DNA of 64,000 bases. It comes from Verrucomicrobiales bacterium (GTDB lineage: Bacteria > Verrucomicrobiota > Verrucomicrobiia > Verrucomicrobiales > V1-33). The DNA is taken from positions 650,372 to 714,371 of the forward strand of contig CBDDIW010000001.1 of NCBI GenBank assembly GCA_965229245.1, given 5' to 3'. This document shows, piece after piece, positions 57,473 to 64,000 of this stretch; the stretch's first letter is position 1, and each line of letters opens with the position of its first letter. Below the pieces are notes generated by a model. The model saw nothing but the letters and a program-made list of their open reading frames with translations, did no database searches and was not told the origin of the DNA. The position numbers and the translations under genes are program-made.

Positions 57473-58765
57473 ATGTCCCCTTCCCCATCACGGTCCCGCG
57501 CGTTCAGCGCCCTCCTGGCGGCGGGCGTGGGCGGCGTGACGTGGTGGGTGCTGGCGGCGGGCATGGGTCCTGAAAAACCACACGCGCTGCCGGTCACCCA
57601 GGCGCTCCACAAAAACGAAAACAACCCGGCATCCGCCCTTCCCCCGGGCACGGGAAAAGGAACCGGAGCCGCCGTGCCCGGGTCATCGCGCGTGCCCGTC
57701 ACGGACGCGGAGTTTGAGGAGATAAAGCGCCGGATACAGGAATATGCCCAACCCGTGACCGGAGACCAGACGCGGGAGGACGTGAATGTCTTCACGGACG
57801 AACTGGTGGCACGGCTGGGCTTTACCAGCCGGATGGCGGAGATCCTGGGCCCTTACACCTATACCGCATGCAGCCCCTTCGAGGGAATCGGCTGGTATCT
57901 CATGGAGGCGTTGAGTCGCGGGTTGTCCAGCCCGGGCGGGGCCATGTTGCGGGCGGAGCTGGTGGCCACCTACACGCATTCCGAAGACTTGAGCCCGCTT
58001 GGGCGGGCAGGTCTGTCGGAATGGATCGGCAACGCCGGATTGAACGCGCCGCCCGCCGAATATGCTGTCCTGAGAGAGGCCCTGGCGGGGGATGACAAGG
58101 CCCGGCTTTCCCTCCACCGGGGGCATCAACTCGCCCGTATGGAGGAGTCCCCCGTGGAGGTGCTGACGGCCGCTCGAAATGACTGGCTGGCCGCCGGCCC
58201 GCGGCAGCCGTCCGCTCCTGAAGGGGAGATCGTGGAGGTCCATAGCACTCCTCCCCTGGTGACCTATCAGTCCCCGGCCCAGGTGGATGCGTGGAATCAG
58301 ATAATCCAACTCACACGCCGCGCTCCGCCGGGGGCTGACTATGCCGCACTGGACACGATCCTCCTCAGCTTCCAGGAACACGATGCCGCAGGCGTCCTCA
58401 CGGTTTTTGAACTGGAGGGTGCCCGCACCTCCGTGCTCACCCCCTGGGTCCGCGAACAGCCGGAAGCCGCCGCCGCCTGGGTGGCCTCCCACCCGGGTGA
58501 TCCGGAGAACGCATACCTCGCGAAGTACATCATAGCCTCGCTCGGAGAGCAGAGCCCCGCCGCCCTGGCCACCTGGGTGCGCGCCTTTCCTCCCGGACCC
58601 GCGAAGGACGGACTGGTCTTTGAGGCAATGGGTGCCTTCATCGCCCGCGACCCCGCCACCGCCCGGGCCCTGGCCTCCGGCATCGGAACCGCGGACCTGC
58701 GGGAAAAGGCCCTGGCATCGCTGCGGGAGATTCCGCCCGCCACGACGGTTCCGGAGGGAAAATGA
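57473..58765 (+). CDS. hypothetical membrane-anchored protein
   Basis: 430 aa. Begins 16 bp after the giant TPR gene stop. N-terminal TM helix and an Ala/Pro/Trp-rich helical body. Confidence 0.45.
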   Translation: MSPSPSRSRAFSALLAAGVGGVTWWVLAAGMGPEKPHALPVTQALHKNENNPASALPPGTGKGTGAAVPGSSRVPVTDAEFEEIKRRIQEYAQPVTGDQTREDVNVFTDELVARLGFTSRMAEILGPYTYTACSPFEGIGWYLMEALSRGLSSPGGAMLRAELVATYTHSEDLSPLGRAGLSEWIGNAGLNAPPAEYAVLREALAGDDKARLSLHRGHQLARMEESPVEVLTAARNDWLAAGPRQPSAPEGEIVEVHSTPPLVTYQSPAQVDAWNQIIQLTRRAPPGADYAALDTILLSFQEHDAAGVLTVFELEGARTSVLTPWVREQPEAAAAWVASHPGDPENAYLAKYIIASLGEQSPAALATWVRAFPPGPAKDGLVFEAMGAFIARDPATARALASGIGTADLREKALASLREIPPATTVPEGK

Positions 58766-58828
58766 AGGGCCTCCCGCTTCCGGCAAAGATCAGGCTGCGT
58801 GCCAGGGGAACGACGGTGCCGGACGCGG

Positions 58829-60058
58829 TCAGCCCCGGCGGCGGTTGTTGTTATTCATCAGGCGATCCTTCATGTCCGCCGGGAGCTGGCTGGTATTGAC
58901 CCAGGCCCGCGCGTTCTCCGGCTCGCGGTTCATCCACTCGCGGATGAGGCGGAAGGAGGTCTGATTCCGGCGGTTTTCGTCCGTGATGGTACTCGCCCAG
59001 GCAATGGCGGCCTCGGGATCGCGCTCCTGCACCTTGTAGGCAAAGCGTTCACGGGGATCGTCCATGGCGGCGGTGCGGGGCAGTTCATTCAGCCAGTTGC
59101 CGGCCTCGTTGGGGTTCTTGTCCGCCCATTCGTTGATGACCTGGGTGAGAGCCCGGGGCTTTGCCTCGCCGTCCGGCAGGCTGCCCGCCCACTCCGCGGC
59201 GGACTTCACGTCAGCGCTCGCCAGACGGCCCGCGAGTTTGTCCAGAATCCCGTTTTTGTAAGGGCCGTCCGCCAGACCCGCCACCATTTCCTTCGCGGCA
59301 TCCGGGCCGCGCTGTTTGAAAAACTGTTCCAGCACGCGGTCCATGGCCTCGCCCCGGGCGTTGCTGCGGTCCATGCCCTGTGCCAGTTGGGAGGCGAGGT
59401 CCGGATTCGTCTTCGCGAGACCGCTGATCACCGAAGTCATGTGGAAGTTCCCCTCGTCCTTGTTCTTGTTCGGGTGAGCCTGGGCCCACGCGATGGCTTT
59501 GTCCGGGTCGCTCTGGGCCCAGACATTCAACGCCGTGCCGGTGCCCCATTTGCTGCGCCAGTCATCGTGCGTCTGCGTCCAGGTCAAGGCTTTCTCCGGG
59601 TCCTCCTTCGCCCAGCGGGTCATGAGCATGGAAAACTCGCGGCCCCGCTCACGGTTGTTGAAGCCTTCCCCGGTCATGGCCTCCATGGCGGCTCCGATCT
59701 GCTCGCTGCCTTTCAGGCCCTTCATGAATTCCAGATACGCCACCAGCCGCTGCTCAGGGTCCTCGATGGCAAAGATCTCCTTCACCCGCGCGGCGGTCTG
59801 CTCCGGGGTGAGATCCCGCACGGCAATCGCCGCAGCGGCCATGCCCTCCTTCGTTCCGTCCCCGGCCTGCACGGCTCCTCCCGCGGCACCCTTCCGGCTT
59901 TCGTTGAGAGCCTGCGCGGACTGTTGCAGCGCGGTGCGCCGGGCCGTCGCGGTGGAGCTTTCCGCCGTGTTCATTTGCATTCCCGCCCAAAAAGCCGCCG
60001 CGGTGCAGCCGGCCCAGGAAAGGGAAAGGAGGACGATTTTCTTCTTCTGCATCATCAT
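58829..60058 (-). CDS. hypothetical repeat protein
   Basis: 409 aa. N-terminal TM or lipo-like signal. Repeated DPExAxxWAQ helical units resembling those in the 57473..58765 protein. Confidence 0.45.
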   Translation of the reverse strand: MMMQKKKIVLLSLSWAGCTAAAFWAGMQMNTAESSTATARRTALQQSAQALNESRKGAAGGAVQAGDGTKEGMAAAAIAVRDLTPEQTAARVKEIFAIEDPEQRLVAYLEFMKGLKGSEQIGAAMEAMTGEGFNNRERGREFSMLMTRWAKEDPEKALTWTQTHDDWRSKWGTGTALNVWAQSDPDKAIAWAQAHPNKNKDEGNFHMTSVISGLAKTNPDLASQLAQGMDRSNARGEAMDRVLEQFFKQRGPDAAKEMVAGLADGPYKNGILDKLAGRLASADVKSAAEWAGSLPDGEAKPRALTQVINEWADKNPNEAGNWLNELPRTAAMDDPRERFAYKVQERDPEAAIAWASTITDENRRNQTSFRLIREWMNREPENARAWVNTSQLPADMKDRLMNNNNRRRG

Positions 60059-60187
60059 GATCTTTATAAAAACACCTACACCCGAAACGGGTGGTCACCC
60101 GGATTCTTTCCCCCGCGAAAGCGGACAACGGGGCCTGCGTCCGGAAGCGTGTGGCCGGGTTTCCCCGGACTTCAAGGCGGATATCCA

Positions 60188-60829
60188 CTATCCTCCCCCG
60201 GAATTGGGCAGCATGACCGCTCCGGGACGGCGGATGCGGCTCCATAGCAGTTTTTCCTGGGGAGTGCTCCGTTCGTTTACGGGCAGGGGTTTCCAGGTCA
60301 CGGAGGCCTGGCCTGCCTCCTTCAGCACCTCATCGAGGAATCCGGCGAACTCTTTGAACGGTGCCGGGAAAACGTTATCGAGATACACGGACTTCCCGGA
60401 GGAGCCCTGCTGGATCCACAGCACCCACTGCGTGCCGTCCGCGATCACGGGATCGGAGTAAGAGCGCGCCATGGTCGTCAGTTTCAGGTCATTGACCTTT
60501 TCCACGATGGTCAGTTTTTTTGCCTCCGGGAGAGGGAGGATGGCTTCCTCCTGGCGGATCTGGATGACATCCTCCACCAGGCGGCTGGTCCGGCGCTGCA
60601 TCCAGGCGGTCCCGGTTTCATCCACTTGCACGATATCCAGCCCGTCCCACCCGCTGCCGCGACCCAGTTCCACCACAAAAGGCCGTCCGGCATCCAGGGT
60701 GAACGACGGGCGTTCCTCTTTGACGATATTGATCCGCGAAAACCTCTCCCCGATATAACAGGAGCCGAGCGCCAGAAAGGCCACTACCGGCAGACCCGCG
60801 GCCATCCTGGTCTTCGTGGTGGAGCTCAT
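60188..60829 (-). CDS. hypothetical lipoprotein
   Basis: 213 aa from ATG 60829 (MSSTTKTRMAAGLPVVAFLALGSCY, lipobox LGSC). The listed ORF extends further 5' into the dusB gene. Confidence 0.45.
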   Translation of the reverse strand: MSSTTKTRMAAGLPVVAFLALGSCYIGERFSRINIVKEERPSFTLDAGRPFVVELGRGSGWDGLDIVQVDETGTAWMQRRTSRLVEDVIQIRQEEAILPLPEAKKLTIVEKVNDLKLTTMARSYSDPVIADGTQWVLWIQQGSSGKSVYLDNVFPAPFKEFAGFLDEVLKEAGQASVTWKPLPVNERSTPQEKLLWSRIRRPGAVMLPNSGGG

Positions 60830-60834
60830 GGGTT

Positions 60835-61872
60835 TCAGGCCGGTACCGGTTCCTCCTCCGGGCTCTCCATTTCCGAAGCTCCCTGGGCCTCCTGCCAGCG
60901 GGGATGGCTGAGGTATTCGTCCGCCAAATCCTCCAGCTCCGTGATGCTGGTCATTTTGCAAAAACGCTCCCGCAGTCTCCGTCCGGCGGGCAGGCCCTTG
61001 CTGTAGGCCATGAGGCGACCGCGCATGGCCTGCACGGTGAATTTCTCCGCGCCGTAGCGTCCGTGCTCCGCGGCCATGCGGAGGTGGCACAGGATGAACG
61101 CCCAGCGGGCGTCCGCAGGCACAGGGGCAGGTTGCTCGCCGGTGGCCAGGTAGTGCTTCGCATCGCGGAAGACCCACGGATAACTCATGGCCGCGCGCCC
61201 GATCATCAGGCCGCTCACCGTCGTCTCGCGCAGACGCTTTTCCACATCCCGTCCGCTGGCGATGTCCCCGTTCCCGATCACCGGGATGCCCGCCGCGTCG
61301 GCGCAGGCGCCGATGACCTCCCAGTTGGCCACGCCGCTGTAACCCTGGGCGCGGGTGCGCCCGTGGATGGTCACGGCGGCGATGCCGCAGTCCTCCAGCA
61401 GGCGCGTGACTTTCAAAGCGTTGACGCTGTTTTCATCCCACCCGATGCGGATCTTGGCGGTGACGGGAATGGGCACCGCCTTCACAATGGCGGAAGCCAC
61501 CGCCGTGAGCGCCGGGCAGTCCCGCAGCAGGGAGGAGCCGCCGTTTTTGGAGACCACTTTGTTCACCGGGCAGCCGAAGTTGATGTCGATGAAATCCGGC
61601 TGCTTCCAGTCGATCACCTTCCGCGCGGCTTCCGCCATGTGCGCGGGATCCGAGCCGAAAAGCTGCACGCCCACGGGCCGCTGGGCGTCGTCAAACTCCG
61701 TGTATTTCCGCGTGCGGTCGTCCCGCTGGAGGATGCCCTCCGCGGAGACAAACTCCGTGACCATGGCATCCGCGCCCAGTTCCTTGCACAGGCGGCGGAA
61801 GATAAAATCCGACACCCCCGCCATGGGAGCGAGATAGATGGGAGGACGTTCGCGGGAGAGCCAGGGGAGCAT
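60835..61872 (-). CDS. dusB: tRNA-dihydrouridine synthase (DusB-like)
   Basis: 345 aa from ATG 61872. IYLAPMAGVSDFIFRRLCKELGADAMVTEFVSAEG, FGCPVNKVV and IPVTAKIRIGWD motifs of the Dus TIM barrel. Confidence 0.85.
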   Translation of the reverse strand: MLPWLSRERPPIYLAPMAGVSDFIFRRLCKELGADAMVTEFVSAEGILQRDDRTRKYTEFDDAQRPVGVQLFGSDPAHMAEAARKVIDWKQPDFIDINFGCPVNKVVSKNGGSSLLRDCPALTAVASAIVKAVPIPVTAKIRIGWDENSVNALKVTRLLEDCGIAAVTIHGRTRAQGYSGVANWEVIGACADAAGIPVIGNGDIASGRDVEKRLRETTVSGLMIGRAAMSYPWVFRDAKHYLATGEQPAPVPADARWAFILCHLRMAAEHGRYGAEKFTVQAMRGRLMAYSKGLPAGRRLRERFCKMTSITELEDLADEYLSHPRWQEAQGASEMESPEEEPVPA

Positions 61873-62043
61873 TGCGGGAAAAGCAACGAGCGTAACGCCC
61901 GCCCGGAGAAATGCAAAGGCCACCCGTGCTCCCTCCAGACAGGGATCCTGCCCGCGGCCGCAAAGAGAGAACCGGCACCCCGCAGCAAAGGAAGCCACCG
62001 CGAAAGGAATCCCGGGTTGCCTTGCCCGCGGGAAGGGCTTTTC

Positions 62044-62874
62044 ATGCGATTCCCCCGCCCCATGAATCCCGCGCCTCCTGTCCGGCTTCGCCAGCCGTGG
62101 TTGTTCCCGCTGAGCGGACCGCTCACGGAGCGGCTGGGCCCGGCGGTTTTTGCCGCGCTGCCGGAACAACCGGGGGTTTACCGGTTTTTCGGGGAGGAGA
62201 ACCGGCTGCTTTATATCGGGCAGTCGTCCAATCTGCGGCACCGGGTGGGAAGTTACCGCTTTGTCACCGCGGAGCGGCATACCCGGCGCATGGCCCGCAT
62301 GGTGGCCCGGGTGCGGCGGGTGGAATGGGAGATCTGCGAAACCGCGCAGGCGGCGGTGGAGCGGGAGCGGACGCTGCTGCTGGAGCACCGGCCGCCATTC
62401 AACCGGGCCGGAGTCTGGGCCCCTCCGCCGTGGTGGGTGGTGATCCTCCAGGATGCGGATACGGAAACCTTTTCCCTGCGCCTCTCGCGGGAGGAACCGG
62501 AAGCGGACGTGTCCGCCGCCGGGCCTCTGCCGGGGGCTTTCCGTTACACTTTTGCCGCCCTCGTCCGTTGTGTGTTGCGATGGCACCGGAGGGATATGGA
62601 GTGGTGGCATCTGCCGTGCGGCATGGCCGGGCCGGTAATCCCCCCGGAGCAGTCCCTGTCCGGCGCGGGAACGGAATTCATCACTTCCCTGCACCGGTTC
62701 CTCACCACCGGCTGTCCGGTGTTTCTGGAGGAACTCCTGGGAGCCCTGCCGGACGCGGCGGGTAAAGCCTCCACCCGCGCCTGCTGGGACGGGGACGTGG
62801 AGGCTTTGACAAAGTTTTCCCAGGGAAAAGGACGCGTAACCAGGAACACTCCCGGGATAGACGAAGGGAATTGA
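62044..62874 (+). CDS. GIY-YIG nuclease-domain protein
   Basis: 276 aa. N-terminal GIY-YIG module GVYRFFGEENRLLYIGQSSNLRHRVGSY ... E. It is the C-terminal portion of the listed 60904..62874 ORF, the remainder of which is antisense to dusB. Divergent from dusB. Confidence 0.7.
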   Translation: MRFPRPMNPAPPVRLRQPWLFPLSGPLTERLGPAVFAALPEQPGVYRFFGEENRLLYIGQSSNLRHRVGSYRFVTAERHTRRMARMVARVRRVEWEICETAQAAVERERTLLLEHRPPFNRAGVWAPPPWWVVILQDADTETFSLRLSREEPEADVSAAGPLPGAFRYTFAALVRCVLRWHRRDMEWWHLPCGMAGPVIPPEQSLSGAGTEFITSLHRFLTTGCPVFLEELLGALPDAAGKASTRACWDGDVEALTKFSQGKGRVTRNTPGIDEGN

Positions 62875-62927
62875 AACAAAGGCGGGATCCCGTTCCTACT
62901 CCTAAGAGTAAGAACCCGGCTTCCCTG

Positions 62928-63476
62928 TCACTCTACACTCAAAATCCCACTGGTCCGGATCTTTGCGCGGAGGCCGCCGCGAAAGGCTGCTTTCAAAAAC
63001 TCCTCCGTCCCCTCCGCCACGGCGCGGTCCATCCAGTGGCAGGGCTTGCATTCCTGACTGCCTTCAAACTCGATGCCCTGGAAACGGAACCGCCGCCCCA
63101 GCCACTCCCGGAGCTCGATCCCCTCCACGATAAGATTCCGCCGGAAGACCGAGGCCGGGAGCTTTGAAAGCTTGAACCGCTCCCTCACCTCCAACACCGT
63201 GCGCATCTCAAAAAAAGTCACCTGTCCTTTGAAGTCCGGACGATAGCCGAAGTAGCGGTCGCCTCGCAGGCCCATGCCCGCCACGCATTTCACCTCCTTT
63301 ACTTCCTGGACACCGCTTTGCAGGCGCCCCTCCCCCTGACGCCCCCAGTAGTCATGGCCAGGGGAGATGTAAATCTTCAGCAGCCGTCCCGGACATTCCG
63401 GCACCCCGCTTTCCTCCGCGGGCGCGGGGCTGGCGGGAGATTCCTTTTCCACGGCGGGCAAAACGTTCATCGTCAT
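62928..63476 (-). CDS. MOSC-domain protein
   Basis: About 183 aa from ATG 63476. GDRY (MGLRGDRYFGYR) and conserved Cys (ECKPCHWMDRA), typical of MOSC/YiiM. Confidence 0.6.
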   Translation of the reverse strand: MTMNVLPAVEKESPASPAPAEESGVPECPGRLLKIYISPGHDYWGRQGEGRLQSGVQEVKEVKCVAGMGLRGDRYFGYRPDFKGQVTFFEMRTVLEVRERFKLSKLPASVFRRNLIVEGIELREWLGRRFRFQGIEFEGSQECKPCHWMDRAVAEGTEEFLKAAFRGGLRAKIRTSGILSVE

Positions 63477-63592
63477 GGCCGATGCAAATGCCGGACCGCG
63501 GGCCACCGGCCTGGGACAGCGATGCGCGCCTTTAACCGGGCCTGAAAGATGCATGGCTCCCTGGCCTCCCGTTTCCCCAACGGTCTCATGGA

Positions 63593-64000
63593 ATGAAATT
63601 CGAACATCTGGCTCTCATCGGAAGCGGCCCCACCGCCATCTTTGTCCTCAGGCATTTTCTGGAGTCCGTCCACCCGTTGAAACCCCGCATCGGGGCGATT
63701 GCCATTTTTGACAAAAGCGACCTCACGGGCATGGGCATGCCTTACACCCCCAGGACCACTGACCGGTATAACCTGTCCAACATCAGCTCCGGGGAAATTC
63801 CCCCTCTGCCCGTGTCCCTCGCGGACTGGCTGCGGGCCCAGGACGGGGCGGTGCTGCGAGAGCTGGATCTGGAGGGCGTGGAGATCACCAGTGACGGGAT
63901 CTACAGCCGCCTGGCACTGGGGAGATATCTGCGCTCGCAGTATCACACGCTCGTCCGGCTTCTCCGGGAATCCGGCATCCAGGTCACGGAGCATCCGGGC
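63593..64000 (+). CDS. FAD/NAD(P)-binding oxidoreductase-like protein, 3' end beyond window
   Basis: MKFEHLALIGSGPTAIFVLRHF carries a GxGxxA dinucleotide-binding motif. The frame stays open to the window end. Confidence 0.55.
   Translation, partial: MKFEHLALIGSGPTAIFVLRHFLESVHPLKPRIGAIAIFDKSDLTGMGMPYTPRTTDRYNLSNISSGEIPPLPVSLADWLRAQDGAVLRELDLEGVEITSDGIYSRLALGRYLRSQYHTLVRLLRESGIQVTEHPG

Noticed and set aside
60904-62043. N-terminal 380 codons of the 656-aa plus-strand ORF 60904..62874
   Set aside because: This part is antisense to the dusB-like and lipoprotein genes and has no motif. Only the C-terminal 276 codons, from ATG 62044 and containing the GIY-YIG module, are called.
1-64000. CRISPR arrays, rRNA or tRNA genes
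   Set aside because: No regularly spaced direct repeats, no tRNA-like cloverleaf candidates and no rRNA-like stretches were seen in intergenic regions. All sizeable non-coding gaps were inspected (429-879, 14644-15015, 30483-30977, 36523-36961, 43709-43976).

Overview
This is a 64-kb chromosomal segment of a high-GC (about 65-70%) bacterium with a Planctomycetota-Verrucomicrobiota gene repertoire: a DUF1501 / DUF1549-DUF1553 locus under an ECF sigma/FecR pair, a PVC-type CxxCH heme-binding dehydrogenase, and many Tat-secreted proteins and lipoproteins. About 58 features are supported. Housekeeping genes include rlmN, purM, purQ, mutY, pdxA, surA-like, nadK, tlyA, cbiX, bamA, dusB-like and a lutA-lutB-lutC cluster carrying extra inserted ORFs. 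Accessory content includes a ParE/Phd toxin-antitoxin pair, a flotillin, a NuoE-NuoF fusion and a 3252-aa secreted TPR protein.

The main finding is a compositionally distinct (about 53% GC) three-gene operon at 15016-18998. It encodes a lipase-like alpha/beta hydrolase, a trypsin-like serine peptidase with an N-terminal helical domain, and a TIR-domain protein. It lies between purQ and an OmpA-family gene behind an AT-rich promoter region. I interpret it as a candidate horizontally acquired conflict or anti-phage system that does not match a described defense-system architecture known to me.

The second finding is a REP/REPIN repeat family present in at least four copies, with a REP-associated tyrosine transposase (RAYT) gene flanked by REPs at 33.1-34.0 kb. 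Two further repeat signals are a 47-bp near-perfect inverted-repeat element with GCAA-tetraloop hairpins at 608-813, and a 13-nt motif, GTGTCCGGCTAAC, present three times.

No rRNA, tRNA or CRISPR array was recognised. Many long ORFs in the six-frame track are antisense shadow ORFs typical of high-GC DNA.
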